From: Candidatus Zixiibacteriota bacterium
GTDB lineage: Bacteria > Zixibacteria > MSB-5A5 > DSPP01
Length of the DNA stretch: 64,000 nt
Direction of reading: 5' to 3'
NCBI GenBank assembly: GCA_022614805.1
Contig: JAKEHY010000022.1
Coordinates: forward strand, 15,903-79,902
Below, piece by piece: positions 1-10,712 of the stretch. Positions within the stretch are counted from its first letter, which is position 1. Each line of letters starts with the position of its first letter. The notes below the pieces were generated by a model. The model was not told the DNA's origin. It did not search any database and saw only the letters and a program-made list of their open reading frames with translations. The position numbers were made by a program, and so were the translations under genes.

Positions 1-1604
1 GAATACTTCTTTGGGAAAAATTGGAATCCTCCCCAATTCCGGGAAGCAGGCCTGGTTTTCCAAACCTCTATAAGCTTCGCAAACAACGTTTTTTTCTCAG
101 GCGGGAGGGGGACGCTATCCAACTGCACCTGGGCCACGATAACGGTATTCCCTCTATAAACAATATTCGGAACGACATAGGCAAGGGCCAGGGAGTCTTT
201 AACCCCCGGACCGAAATAAGACCCGAAAATCCCGCCCAGAAAAAGAGGAGTATCCATAATCCAGCGGACCCGCTCCTTGCGCAAATACGCCAGCCCTTCT
301 TTTACTTCATAGTAGGGAATAATTTCATTGTTAACCACCCCGTCCAAGTTTAACACTCTCCGGTCGGTAAAATACTGCAAATATCCAGAGTTAAAGGCTC
401 CCACGCGGTCCCCCGGAGGGATGCGACGATTGATTATATCCAGCATCAAAGGATAGCGGTCAATCATTTGAAAGGGACAAACCCACACCACCCAAGCCCC
501 CAACGCCAAAGCCGCCACTCCCCCCAAGGCAATCCACTTGGGGTTCAGTTTCTCCAAAGCCAGCGCTACCAAGGGCAGCGTCAAAACAAATATCGCTTGA
601 GGATACCACAACCGCCAGGTCCAGCGAACTAGAATGTGAAATGCGGCAAACAAGGCGGCGCCCGCCAAGGTCCAGGCCAGGGGCCGAAACGCGCCGGGCC
701 GTCTTAACATCTGACGAGCCAAAACGGCCGATAGCAAAAGAGTCAACACCCAGTTGCCATAGTGATAGGCATTCAGGACAAAACTTTCATAGGCGACCCG
801 CAAAAGATGGGGAATCAAAGCCCACCGCCAATAGCTGCTATGTTCGCTCAAATATTGCTGGTGATGGTGAAAGGAGGGAAAGGCTCCCGCCGAAGTTTGC
901 AGGACGGTCCCGAAGGTGAAGAAATTGAAGACCAACCAGGGCAAAACCAAAAGCGAAGCCACTGCGGCAATTCGAAGTACCGGGACAAACGCTCTTTCCC
1001 TCCAGAAAAAATACCCGCACAGGGCTCCCACGACGAATACGTTATCCGTGCGCGAAAGCAAGGCAAACCCGCACATCGTTCCCAGTACCGGCCAGCCGGT
1101 TTTAAGCCAATCCGACGTGGCTCGCACGGAAAGATAAACCAAGACAGCCAGAAGGAAACTATTCTGGGCCGTCTCCAGCCCGTTCATCGTATGCAACAGG
1201 CCGTACGGATTGAAAAGATAAAAGGCCGCCGCCCAGAACCCGGCCCGCTTCCGCCCCAACCGCTCCAGGGTTTTGTAAATAAACCAAGCGGCCGCCGTAT
1301 CAAACACGGCCGAGAAGGCAACGGCCCATCGGACGCAAACCCACAGACTCCCTTGAAAAATGAAAAAAATCGGGATAAGGACAAAAAGCCACAGCGGATG
1401 AAAGCCGTTGGTCAGATGAAATCCGTCTACCGACAACATCCCCCGGCTGGTCAAGTTTTTGGCGACGGCAAAGTAATAGTAGGCATCGTCGTAGATGACG
1501 TAGAAAAGATACCGCTCCGGCAACAAGGCCAGAATTAGGCGAAACACAAAGCCACAAATAAAAAGGTACAACAGCCTCTTGGGGATAGAGCTTAGGGGCG
1601 CCAC
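1..1604 (-). CDS. Membrane GT-C superfamily glycosyltransferase (ArnT/PMT-like); 3' end runs off the window
   Basis: Not in the ORF track; translated by hand from GTG at 1604 (both ends and spot checks, not every codon). It gives VAPLSSIPKRLLYLF...YDDAYYYFAVAKNL...DGFHLTNGFHPLW and later VLNLDGVVNNE, with many hydrophobic segments. A DD motif after TM1 is typical of GT-C enzymes. Confidence 0.75.
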   Translation of the reverse strand, partial: MAPLSSIPKRLLYLFICGFVFRLILALLPERYLFYVIYDDAYYYFAVAKNLTSRGMLSVDGFHLTNGFHPLWLFVLIPIFFIFQGSLWVCVRWAVAFSAVFDTAAAWFIYKTLERLGRKRAGFWAAAFYLFNPYGLLHTMNGLETAQNSFLLAVLVYLSVRATSDWLKTGWPVLGTMCGFALLSRTDNVFVVGALCGYFFWRERAFVPVLRIAAVASLLVLPWLVFNFFTFGTVLQTSAGAFPSFHHHQQYLSEHSSYWRWALIPHLLRVAYESFVLNAYHYGNWVLTLLLSAVLARQMLRRPGAFRPLAWTLAGAALFAAFHILVRWTWRLWYPQAIFVLTLPLVALALEKLNPKWIALGGVAALALGAWVVWVCPFQMIDRYPLMLDIINRRIPPGDRVGAFNSGYLQYFTDRRVLNLDGVVNNEIIPYYEVKEGLAYLRKERVRWIMDTPLFLGGIFGSYFGPGVKDSLALAYVVPNIVYRGNTVIVAQVQLDSVPLPPEKKTLFAKLIEVWKTRPASRNWGGFQFFPKKY

Positions 1605-1713
1605 CGGCCCAAGATTGCCTTGCGTCCCTTCGCCGTCAAGTCCACCCTCAATCCCTTGCAGAAAGAAAAAGCGAGGCAACCCCAACAAAACCCGTTATAC
1701 TAAGTATAACTGT

Positions 1714-2460
1714 ATGATGGCAAAGGGGAGATACGGTCTGATTCTCGCAGGGGTCCTTTTGCCGGTGCTTTTGCCGGCCGCTTCCAAGACCCAGGAAAGC
1801 CGGTCTCCCGGTCTTTTCACCATTGCCCGCCTGAAGTACGGCGGCGGGGGGGACTGGTACTGGGGACCTTCGGCCCTCCCCAATCTCTTGACTTTTATCC
1901 GGCAGAACGCCAACGTCAAAACGGCGACCGATGAAGCCCGGGTGGCTATAGCGGACGACAACTTCTTTTCCCACCCTTTTCTTTTTATGACCGGGCACGG
2001 CAACGTCCGCTTTACTGACGAGGAAGTCCGCCGGTTGAGAACTTTTTTAACCAGAGGCGGGTTTTTGCTGGCCAACGATTCCTACGGCCTGGACAAAGCC
2101 TTCCGGCGGGAAATGAAAAAAGTTTTTCCGGAAGAAGAACTGGTGGAACTCCCTTTCCACCATCCGATTTATCATTGTTTTTACGACTTCCCCAACGGAC
2201 TGCCCAAAGTCCACCAGCACGATGCTAACCCCCCCAAGGGGTATGGAATTTTCTACAAAAACCGGCTGGTCGTTTTCTACGCCTACGAGGCCGACATTGG
2301 AGATGGGTGGGAGGACCCGGCCGTCTACAACGACCCGCCGGAAAAGCATCTGGCCGCCTTGAAAATGGGTGCCAATGTGGTGCTGTACGCTTTAACGGGA
2401 AAAACCGAGAAAGTCAAAGACCTGGGGCAAAGTCGGAAGGTTGAAGGGACGTCAAAATGA
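1714..2460 (+). CDS. DUF4159 domain protein (exported)
   Basis: IARLKYGGGGDWY, PFLFMTGHGN, GGFLLAND and DIGDGWED motifs; signal peptide after ATG at 1714. Confidence 0.85.
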   Translation: MMAKGRYGLILAGVLLPVLLPAASKTQESRSPGLFTIARLKYGGGGDWYWGPSALPNLLTFIRQNANVKTATDEARVAIADDNFFSHPFLFMTGHGNVRFTDEEVRRLRTFLTRGGFLLANDSYGLDKAFRREMKKVFPEEELVELPFHHPIYHCFYDFPNGLPKVHQHDANPPKGYGIFYKNRLVVFYAYEADIGDGWEDPAVYNDPPEKHLAALKMGANVVLYALTGKTEKVKDLGQSRKVEGTSK

Positions 2461-5400
2461 GCGAACGCTATTTATCCGAACTGGCGGCCAGACTGTGGGC
2501 CCTTTATAAAAAGGAACGCAATCTCTCCGCCTTGCAGGGTGTTTTCCTCTTGGCAACGCTCTGGGCCTCCCTTTTCGTTTTTGGCTTTCTTTTATCCTTG
2601 ATTTTCGTCACCACCGGCTGGGCCAAGTTTCTGTTCCTGGCCGGGGCGGCCGGCAGCCTGGTTGTGGCGGGCCGCTTTCTCCTCCTTCCGAGCATCAGAA
2701 AACCGAGCGCTCCCCTTTTGGCCAAAAAAGCGGAGGCCGGTTTCCCGGAGTTGGAAGACCGGCTGATTTCCGCTTTCGAGCTGGCCCCCTGCCTGCAAAA
2801 TCCCAGGGGCTTTTCCCCCCAATTGGTCGAAGCGGTCATCGGCGAGGCGTATCAAAAAGCATCCGGCAAGGATTTCACCCGTCTGGTTGACCGCCGGCCA
2901 TTGAAAAAAGCGGCCCGCACCGCCATCCTTTCTTTCTTAGTGACGGGGCTCCTCTCGCTCGCTTCTTGGCCCGTCTTCAAACTGACCTTGACGGCCTTGG
3001 CCCATCCCTTCTCCTCCGTTGAAGAGGTGCTCCCCTACCAGCTTTTTGCAAAGCCGGAAGGAGGCAAGGTGCCCAGGATGAAGGACTTGGAAGTCCGGCT
3101 TTTCGCCGTCGGAAAAAATTTGCCCGGGAAAAGCACCCTCCACTACCGCTATGAAGGGGGCAGCTGGCACCCGGTGGCGTTGAAGCTGGAAAAGACCAAG
3201 GGAGGTTTGAGTCCGGTTGCGGCCGAATCCGCCCGGGCTGCCTATGTTTTCAAGGAGCTCCGCCGCGACATCGAATTCTATTTCGCCTCCAGCCGCGCTA
3301 AGACCAAAAGCTATCGGGTGGAAGTGGTGGACGTTCCCTACCTCACCCACCTGCGTGCCAGCGTCAGATTCCCCGCCTACACCGGCCTGCCGGTGCGGGA
3401 AGGAACCGACAACGACGGCAACATCGGCGCATTGACCGGCAGCAAAGTTACCTTGAGCTTCGAGGCCCAAAAGCCCCTGAAAGATGCCCGATTGGTTTTT
3501 GGCGACGGCAAAACCCTCCCGGCCAGGGTGGAGAACCGAAAAGGAGCGGTCGAATTTGCGCTGACCCAAGCCGGCCGCTACAAAGTGGTGGTGGTCGACC
3601 GGGACGGTAACGCCAACGTCGACCCAATCGAATACGAAATCCGCCTCCTTCCGGACGAGGTCCCGCAGGTGGAAATCACACAACCGGGCGCCGACCGGGA
3701 CTTGACCGAACAACTGCTCGAGACTTTGACCATTGAGGCCAAAGACGACTTCGGCTTCTCCGCGCTCAAACTTTTCTTCGCCATCACCTCCGAACGCGCA
3801 CCCGAGCGGAAGAAATTCCTGAATCTTGCGATACCCGAGGCCGCTGGGAACGGGTTTGTTCTGGGCTATGGATGGGACCTTTCCGGCTTGCGCTTGAATC
3901 CGGGGGACGTCGTCTCCTACTATGCGGAGGCGGCCGACAACGACCGGATCTCCGGCCCGAAAAAGGCCCAAAGTCAGACCTACCGCTTCCGGCTGCCGAG
4001 CCTGGACGAAATGATTGCCGAAGCGGCCCAAAACACCGAAGAAAATCTGGGCGTACTGGCAGAGGCCGCCGCCCGGCAGAAAGAAATTCTGGAAAAATTC
4101 AAACAAAAATCAAAGGAGCTTTTGCAGTCCGGCAAGCTGGACTGGGAAACCAAAAAGCAGCTGGGAGAACTGGCGCAAAAGCAATCGGAAATGGAGGGGC
4201 AGCTGGCCCGGATGGAAAAGGCCTTCGCCGAGAACCTGGAGAAGATGCAGGAAAATCAATTGCTGAACCAGGAGCTGGCGGAGAAAATGCAGGAGTTGGC
4301 CGAGCTCTGGGAAAAAGTGGCCACGCCGGAGATGAAGGAGCGAATGAAAAAGCTCACCGAGGCGCTGGAAAAATTGGACCCGGAGCTTCTCCAGCGGGCC
4401 CTGGAGGAGTTGAACCTGACCCAGGAACAGATTTTGAAAAACCTGGAGCGCTCCATCGAGCTTTTGAAGCGGATGGCCTTGGAGCAGAAAATGGACGCCC
4501 TTTTGAAGCAGGCCGAACGAGTGCTGGAAGAGCAAAGGAAAGCGAACAAAGAAGCGGAAGGCCAGCCCCAAAAGCCCGCTTCCGAACTGGCTCAAATGGA
4601 AAAAAAAGTGAAAGAGGACCTGGAAAAGCTCGAAAAGAAGGCCGCCGAGTTGAAAAAGGAGTTGGACGAAAAGCCGCTTTTCGACCCGGCCGCCTCCGAT
4701 AAACTGACTGGCGCCCCCTCCCAATCCGGCGCCAAAGAAAAAGTGGCTGAAACCGTCACCAACTTCGCCGCCGGCCGAAAAAAGGAAGGGGAAAAGTCCG
4801 GAGCCGAAGCAGAAGACCGCCTGGAACAAATGCTGTCGGATATGCGGGCTGCCAAGGAGCGGCTGGACCAGTCCGAAAAGGACAAAATGTTGGCGGAAAT
4901 GAACCAACGCTTAAACGACTTGTTGACCCTTTCCGAACGTCAGGAGGAATTATCCAAAAAACTGGAAGAGCGTTCGCGGGTGGAGGGAGCCAGTTTCAAC
5001 GAAACGGCCCAGGAGCAAAAGGAACTGGCCGAACAGGCCCAGAAAGTTTCCGCCGAGATTGAAAAGCTGGCCAAAAAAACGCTCTTTCTTGCACCCGAAA
5101 AAAACGCTCCTTCGTCCCAATGCCTGAACAGCATGAACCAGGCCGTCCGCAACCTGAACGGCCGCAATCCGACGGGAGCCATCCAGAATCAAAAAGAGGC
5201 CTACTACCAGTTGAACCAGGCCGCCCGCCAGATGGTGGAATCGATGAAGCAGTGCCAGTCCGGCCAAACTGGCTCCGGAATGAAGGAAACGATGCAAAAA
5301 ATGCAGGGGATGTGCGATAAGCAGGGAGGAATCAACGCCGAATCGGAGAAGCTGATGCAGGGTAGGGGGGAAAAGCCGACGCTCTCTCCCGAAGAGCTGG

Positions 5401-5843
5401 GGGCCTACGGCCGTCTGCGGGTGCAGGAACGGGAAATCCAGCGGGACTTGGACGAACTTAGACGCCAGTATCAGGAGCGCAAAAACGTTTTGGGCCGGCT
5501 GGATGAACTCGCCACCGACTTCGACAAGTTGGTAGAAGAAATGGAGCGCGGGCCGGCCGAAGGGTTGTTGAAAAGACAGGCCCGCGTTCTGAACCGGATG
5601 CTGGATTTCCAGCGCTCCTTGCAAACGCAACGGGAAGAGGAGCGCCGAAAGGCCCAGAAAGCGGTCGACGTTTTCCACCTTTCACCCGCGGATGTGAGCC
5701 CGGATGCCGGTTGGCGGGCGGCCGAAATGGAAAGCCGGTTGAAGAAGTTTCTCGAAGAGCCCCATCCCCCCGAGTACCAGGAGGCCGTGCGCGACTATTT
5801 CGAGGCGCTCAAGTCCCAGAACCTGCTTGCTCCCGACCGGTAG
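2457..5843 (+). CDS. DUF4175-family membrane protein with Ig-like domains and a long coiled coil
   Basis: Three N-terminal TM helices, AKDDFGF, LNPGDVVSYYAEAADND, Q/E/K-rich coiled coil, C-terminal PPEYQEAVRDYF; ATGA overlap with the DUF4159 gene. Confidence 0.85.
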   Translation: MSERYLSELAARLWALYKKERNLSALQGVFLLATLWASLFVFGFLLSLIFVTTGWAKFLFLAGAAGSLVVAGRFLLLPSIRKPSAPLLAKKAEAGFPELEDRLISAFELAPCLQNPRGFSPQLVEAVIGEAYQKASGKDFTRLVDRRPLKKAARTAILSFLVTGLLSLASWPVFKLTLTALAHPFSSVEEVLPYQLFAKPEGGKVPRMKDLEVRLFAVGKNLPGKSTLHYRYEGGSWHPVALKLEKTKGGLSPVAAESARAAYVFKELRRDIEFYFASSRAKTKSYRVEVVDVPYLTHLRASVRFPAYTGLPVREGTDNDGNIGALTGSKVTLSFEAQKPLKDARLVFGDGKTLPARVENRKGAVEFALTQAGRYKVVVVDRDGNANVDPIEYEIRLLPDEVPQVEITQPGADRDLTEQLLETLTIEAKDDFGFSALKLFFAITSERAPERKKFLNLAIPEAAGNGFVLGYGWDLSGLRLNPGDVVSYYAEAADNDRISGPKKAQSQTYRFRLPSLDEMIAEAAQNTEENLGVLAEAAARQKEILEKFKQKSKELLQSGKLDWETKKQLGELAQKQSEMEGQLARMEKAFAENLEKMQENQLLNQELAEKMQELAELWEKVATPEMKERMKKLTEALEKLDPELLQRALEELNLTQEQILKNLERSIELLKRMALEQKMDALLKQAERVLEEQRKANKEAEGQPQKPASELAQMEKKVKEDLEKLEKKAAELKKELDEKPLFDPAASDKLTGAPSQSGAKEKVAETVTNFAAGRKKEGEKSGAEAEDRLEQMLSDMRAAKERLDQSEKDKMLAEMNQRLNDLLTLSERQEELSKKLEERSRVEGASFNETAQEQKELAEQAQKVSAEIEKLAKKTLFLAPEKNAPSSQCLNSMNQAVRNLNGRNPTGAIQNQKEAYYQLNQAARQMVESMKQCQSGQTGSGMKETMQKMQGMCDKQGGINAESEKLMQGRGEKPTLSPEELGAYGRLRVQEREIQRDLDELRRQYQERKNVLGRLDELATDFDKLVEEMERGPAEGLLKRQARVLNRMLDFQRSLQTQREEERRKAQKAVDVFHLSPADVSPDAGWRAAEMESRLKKFLEEPHPPEYQEAVRDYFEALKSQNLLAPDR

Positions 5844-5850
5844 CGCCCGA

Positions 5851-7653
5851 ATGAAAAAGATTGTAGGGGGACTTATTCTCCTTTCTGGGTTGTCTGCCTC
5901 CTGGGCGCAAACCCAAACCTTTACTCCGCCGGCCCTGGAGCAGCAACTTGCGAGGGTGGAAAACTATCTTTTCAACGACGAGTATGAGAAGGCCGCCCTT
6001 CTGGCCGAGCGGTTATACCCGGAGCACAAAACTAACCGGCGTCTCTACGGTCTGCTTAAGTCCGCCTACCTGGGACTGAAAGAGTTCGTCAAACTGGAGG
6101 GCTTGATGGCCGAACAGCTGGCACTCTCCCCCACAAACAAAGAGCTTTATTTGGACCAGCTGGAAATTCATTTGCGTCAGGGCGCTCCCGAAAAAGCGGA
6201 GGCGGCAGCCAAAACGTATCTGACCTTGGCGGCCAAGGACACCCTTTCCTATCTGAACCTGGCCAACCGCTATCTGGCCGCCGGCTACGCCGAAGAGGCG
6301 ATAAAAATATACCAGTCCGCCCGCAAAACCCTTCTCCAGCCGGCCCTTTTCGCTTCCTCGCTGGCGGAAACCTATCGCTCCCTGCGCCGCTGGCGGGAGG
6401 CGTTGGAAGAATACCTGAACGGGCTGGCGGCCGAACCGGCCAACGGCTCCATTTTGCCGCGCTTGACCTCCCTTATGGGGGACCTGCCTGCCGACGACCC
6501 CGCCATCGGCCCGTTTTTAGACCAGCTCTTGGCCAAAAAACCTTCCCCCCTGCATTACCGGCTGAAAGGGGAGTGGGAACTGCGGCAAGGGCATTACGAC
6601 GGGGCGCTGGCCGCCTACGAGGAAGCCGACCGCCGCGGGGAGAGGGATGGACGCTTGCTTTTGGAGCTGGCCCGCAAAATCAGTTTAACGAACCCGGAAA
6701 AAATGACCTCCCTGTCGGCCAGCTATGAAAGAAGGTATGCCCGAAGCCCCGAGCTGCCGCAGCTATACTTTCTTCTGGCCCGGGCTCAAACCCGGCTCGG
6801 AGATTTTTGGGCCGCCCGCGCCACCTACGAAAAAATCCTGGCAACCACCCCGCTGGCGAATGACAAGGTTCAGGCCAACTTCGAGCTGGCCGGGCTGATG
6901 TTGGATGGCCTCGACCGCCCGGAGTCGGCTTTGGTTTTCATCGAAAAAGTCGGGGACCTTTTCCCGACGGTAAAGGGTCCGGCCTCGCTTCTGCGGGCCA
7001 AGGCCCTGGCCGCCCTGGACCGGTTTGAGGAAGCCCGGCAGCTGCTCTCCCAAATCTCCGGTCAGAGCCCCGCCTGGAGGGAAGAGACCGCCTTTCTTAC
7101 AGCCGAGTGGGATTTTTACTTTTTGAACTTTGCCGAAGCGGAAAGAAAATACACCGCCCTTTTGGACGCCTTCCCGCGCGGCGAGCGGGCCAACGACGCT
7201 TTGCGCCGGCTGGCGCTTTTGAAGAACTTTGGATTGTCGAAGGAATCTTCCCTGTCCCTGTTCGCCCTATTCCTCAAAAATTTGGCCCAATTTAACGAGA
7301 AAGAAGCGGCCGTTCGGATGGCCGGCCTGGAAGGGGCATCGCCGGACCTGGCGGCCGAGGCCAATTACAGTTGGGGAATTTATCTTTCGGGCAAAAAACG
7401 GCTGCCGGAAGCCGAATCCGCTTTTACGAAAATAAAAACGGTTTATGCCAAAACGCCGCAGGCGCCGCTCGCTTTGGAAAAGTTGGGTGAGCTGGCCGAA
7501 GCCTCCCGGCGACCGGAGGCGGCCAAAAGCCAGTACGAAACGGTCTTGGAAAGCTACCCGGACGCCGTAAACGCGGAGAGCGTGCGCGGCAAACTGCGCC
7601 GCCTGCGGGAGCGTACGCCGGAAAAACCCCAAAAAACGGAAGGGAAAAGCTAA
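5851..7653 (+). CDS. Exported tetratricopeptide-repeat protein
   Basis: Signal peptide MKKIVGGLILL..SWA, followed by repeated TPR-like helices (e.g. AKSQYETVLESYPD). Confidence 0.85.
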   Translation: MKKIVGGLILLSGLSASWAQTQTFTPPALEQQLARVENYLFNDEYEKAALLAERLYPEHKTNRRLYGLLKSAYLGLKEFVKLEGLMAEQLALSPTNKELYLDQLEIHLRQGAPEKAEAAAKTYLTLAAKDTLSYLNLANRYLAAGYAEEAIKIYQSARKTLLQPALFASSLAETYRSLRRWREALEEYLNGLAAEPANGSILPRLTSLMGDLPADDPAIGPFLDQLLAKKPSPLHYRLKGEWELRQGHYDGALAAYEEADRRGERDGRLLLELARKISLTNPEKMTSLSASYERRYARSPELPQLYFLLARAQTRLGDFWAARATYEKILATTPLANDKVQANFELAGLMLDGLDRPESALVFIEKVGDLFPTVKGPASLLRAKALAALDRFEEARQLLSQISGQSPAWREETAFLTAEWDFYFLNFAEAERKYTALLDAFPRGERANDALRRLALLKNFGLSKESSLSLFALFLKNLAQFNEKEAAVRMAGLEGASPDLAAEANYSWGIYLSGKKRLPEAESAFTKIKTVYAKTPQAPLALEKLGELAEASRRPEAAKSQYETVLESYPDAVNAESVRGKLRRLRERTPEKPQKTEGKS

Positions 7654-7916
7654 GAGGAGACGCTTTCCCGCCGGGTGGTTTTCCCGTGGCCGGGGTGGCG
7701 CAGGGTCAAAAGCTCGTCCTCCAGCTGTTTAATCCGCTCCATATACCCCTCCACCGTGCGGAGTTTGATTTTGGTGGTGGTCCGGATTAAAAGCCCCAAC
7801 GAAACCAGCATAAACAAAACCGAATTGACCTGCCGGAAAATTTCGCCGTAGTTGAACAGGGAATCCATAAAAGCCAGAACTCCCAGAACGAACAAAACGG
7901 CGCACCAGACTAACAT
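7650..7916 (-). CDS. Small two-TM membrane protein, unknown function
   Basis: 88 aa with two hydrophobic helices and a short coiled coil; strong SD (AAGGAGGGG) just upstream. Confidence 0.75.
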   Translation of the reverse strand: MLVWCAVLFVLGVLAFMDSLFNYGEIFRQVNSVLFMLVSLGLLIRTTTKIKLRTVEGYMERIKQLEDELLTLRHPGHGKTTRRESVSS

Positions 7917-8024
7917 ACCCCCTCCTTTTTATTCCTTGACAAACAATTTCCCCCTTCCTAACCTTTGCCTTCTATGTATCGACCGCCAAACAGGAAAGGT
8001 TAACGCATCCTGGACAAAGAGAAA

Positions 8025-10619
8025 TTGCTTCGCCGGGGATTAGGGGCTTTTGTTTTGGCCGCTGCACTCGCGGCCTACGGGAGAACTGTCGCCCCCACGG
8101 TATCCTTCTGGGATTGCGGCGAATTCATCGCCGCCGCCGCCAGTTTGGGCATTCCCCATCCCCCCGGCGCGCCGCTGTACGTGCTGATTGGGCGGATTTT
8201 CACCCTGCTGCCGCTGGGGGCCGATGTCGGCCACCGCGTTAACCTGATTTCCGTTATCACGTCGGGTTTCACCGGGCTGGTGGGGTATCTAATTGTTCTC
8301 AAACTGTTCGAGCTTTGGAGCTTCGGTGAAAGCCGATTCTGGAAGTACCTGGGAGCTTCCTCGGGGGCCTTGATTATGGCTTTCTCCAGCACCTTCTGGT
8401 CTTCCGCCGTCGAAGCGGAGGTGTACGGCTTGTCGATGTTTTTGATGTTGTTGTTGATTTACCTCACTCTTTGCTGGTACGAGATACGGCAAGCCGCGCT
8501 AAAACCGACCCCCGGGCGAACCGCGCCGACCCCGGAAAACGGTATCCATCCCGACCGCTATCTCATTTTGATTTACTACGTCGGCCTTCTTTCGGTGGCC
8601 GTGCATATGACCACCTTCCTGGTAATGCCTCTGATTTTTTCTTTCGTACTCTGGGCCGACCCCCAGAAACGCTCCGATTTCCGTTTCTGGGTCGCCGGCG
8701 GCTCGCTTTTGATTATTTTGGCCGTGGTCGAACCCTTTCTCATTGCCGCCGGCCTGACCCTTTTGGTTAGCGGCATTGTTTACTTCCTCTACGGCCGCAA
8801 GATCGCTCCCTGGCGGCTTTCCTTTCTGCTTGCGGCCTTCGGGCTTTTGGGTTTCTCTTCTCAACTATATATCCCCATTCGCTCCCTGCAAAATCCCCCC
8901 ATAGACGAGAACAACCCGGAAAATTGGGACCGTTTCAACGATTTTCTGGAGCGCAAGCAGTACGGGCAGGAAAACATGCTCGTCCGGGCTTTGACCCGCC
9001 GGGGGAAATGGGAAAGCCAGCTCGGCCGCTACCCCCGGATGGGCTTTTGGGGTTTCTTCGAGAAACAGTACGGCAGGGGAGGTTGGGCTTTTGCGCCGAT
9101 TTTCCTAATTGGCCTGGCTGGATTGTTCTTGCCCTTCAAACGGGACAAAAAAAGCGCCCTTTTCCTTTTAGCCATTGCCCTGGCCGGCACGGTCGGGCTG
9201 GTTTTTTATATGAACTTCGCCGACGGCACCCGGATGGACAGCTACGGCGAGGCCGGGCTGGAGGTGCGCGACCGGGATTATTTTTGGACTCCCGGCTTTG
9301 TGGTTTTCTCCCTGGCCGTCGGCGCCGGTCTGGGTTTTTTGGGGAGCTTGCTTTCAGCCGAAGGAGCCCGCCGGAGGTTGAACTCTTCCCTGCGCACGGC
9401 GCTCGCGGGGCTGGTGGTGCTGGCAGCGGTGGCAATCCCGGCTTCGGCCTTTAAGACTAATTCCATCCGTAATTCCCGAGCCGGCAACTTCCTGCCGTAC
9501 GATTACGCCTACAACCTGTTGGCTTCGTGCGATAAAGATGCCCTCCTTTTTACCAATGGCGACAACGACACTTTCCCTCTCTGGTGCCTGCAAGAGGCCT
9601 ACGGCTTCCGCAAGGACGTCCGGGTCATAAACTTGAGCCTGATTAACACCGATTGGTACATTCTGCAGCTGAAAAACCAGATGGGGGTGCCGATTTCATT
9701 GGCCGACAGCCAGATTGCAATGAAAGAGCTTCCTCTGCCGGGAACCGGTCAGACTTTTCCCCGGCCGGAGCATCCCTATTTTGACCGGCGACGCGGTCTT
9801 TCCCATTACCTGATGCCCATCCAGCTGGAAGACCAACTCTTGCGCGTGCAGGATTTTATGGTCGAAGAGGTCGTCTTGACCAACGATTTCAAATACCCCC
9901 TCTTTTTCTCCCGTACGGTCCCGGGCTCGGCCCGCGTCGGTCTGGACGCCAATTTGACGACCGAAGCGATGGTTTTGCGGCTCGTTCCGGAAAGAAGGGA
10001 AAACCGCTTTGATTTTGAACGCACCGAAAAGCTGTTGTGGGAGCTCTTTCGTTTCCGGAACTTTGCCAACCCGGAAATCACACTGGACGACAACGACGTC
10101 GGAATGATGATTGTCTATCCGGAAGTGGCCCTCGAGCTGTACGAGAAACACCTCCAAAAAAAGGATTCCTCCGATGCCTGGAAGCATCTCGAACGCTCCG
10201 CCGAAAAATTCCCCTTCTATCCCCGCGCCGCGGTCACGCTTCACAATTATTATAAATCCAGGGGAGAAACCGAAAAAGCAAAACAGGTGGCCGAACGTTC
10301 CCGCCTGCATCTCGAACGGGCGGCCCGCCGCTCGGAAGACAATCCGCTCTGGTGGATGTTTTTGTCCAACCTGTACCAGCTGGAGGGAAAAAAACCGGAG
10401 GCCTATCGGGCCATCCGGACCGCTTGGGAGTTGAACCGCGCGGAGGATTACATCTTCCGCACCTACCTCCAGTATGCCCTGGCGGACCGGCGGACCGACC
10501 TCGTCGTCCAGCTGGCCAACGATTGGCTGGAAAATCATCCTGACGACCCATTCGCCCGGCAGGTTTTGACCCAGTTCGGCGGTCTCCCCCCTCGGCTGCC
10601 GGCTTTGCCGTCCCAATAA
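8025..10619 (+). CDS. DUF2723 / TMEM260-like GT-C membrane glycosyltransferase with C-terminal TPRs
   Basis: TVSFWDCGEFI, GIPHPPGAPLY, AVEAEVY, EVRDRDYF and FTNGDNDTFPLW motifs. Confidence 0.9.
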   Translation: MLRRGLGAFVLAAALAAYGRTVAPTVSFWDCGEFIAAAASLGIPHPPGAPLYVLIGRIFTLLPLGADVGHRVNLISVITSGFTGLVGYLIVLKLFELWSFGESRFWKYLGASSGALIMAFSSTFWSSAVEAEVYGLSMFLMLLLIYLTLCWYEIRQAALKPTPGRTAPTPENGIHPDRYLILIYYVGLLSVAVHMTTFLVMPLIFSFVLWADPQKRSDFRFWVAGGSLLIILAVVEPFLIAAGLTLLVSGIVYFLYGRKIAPWRLSFLLAAFGLLGFSSQLYIPIRSLQNPPIDENNPENWDRFNDFLERKQYGQENMLVRALTRRGKWESQLGRYPRMGFWGFFEKQYGRGGWAFAPIFLIGLAGLFLPFKRDKKSALFLLAIALAGTVGLVFYMNFADGTRMDSYGEAGLEVRDRDYFWTPGFVVFSLAVGAGLGFLGSLLSAEGARRRLNSSLRTALAGLVVLAAVAIPASAFKTNSIRNSRAGNFLPYDYAYNLLASCDKDALLFTNGDNDTFPLWCLQEAYGFRKDVRVINLSLINTDWYILQLKNQMGVPISLADSQIAMKELPLPGTGQTFPRPEHPYFDRRRGLSHYLMPIQLEDQLLRVQDFMVEEVVLTNDFKYPLFFSRTVPGSARVGLDANLTTEAMVLRLVPERRENRFDFERTEKLLWELFRFRNFANPEITLDDNDVGMMIVYPEVALELYEKHLQKKDSSDAWKHLERSAEKFPFYPRAAVTLHNYYKSRGETEKAKQVAERSRLHLERAARRSEDNPLWWMFLSNLYQLEGKKPEAYRAIRTAWELNRAEDYIFRTYLQYALADRRTDLVVQLANDWLENHPDDPFARQVLTQFGGLPPRLPALPSQ

Positions 10620-10712
10620 GCAGGAATGCGCGAAAACCGGGAGTCGGAACGGACGGCCCCTTTTCCGCATTTTCTCTAAGGAAGGAATGAAGCCTAACGG
10701 AGTGGAGTCTCA

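Noticed and set aside
762-1538. 258-aa + strand ORF
   Set aside because: It is the antisense shadow of the minus-strand GT-C gene, which carries the recognisable motifs.
8500-8545. Possible REP remnant in the DUF2723 loop (KPTPGRTAPTP)
   Set aside because: Resemblance to the GTAG hairpins is too weak, and it is not a clean palindrome.
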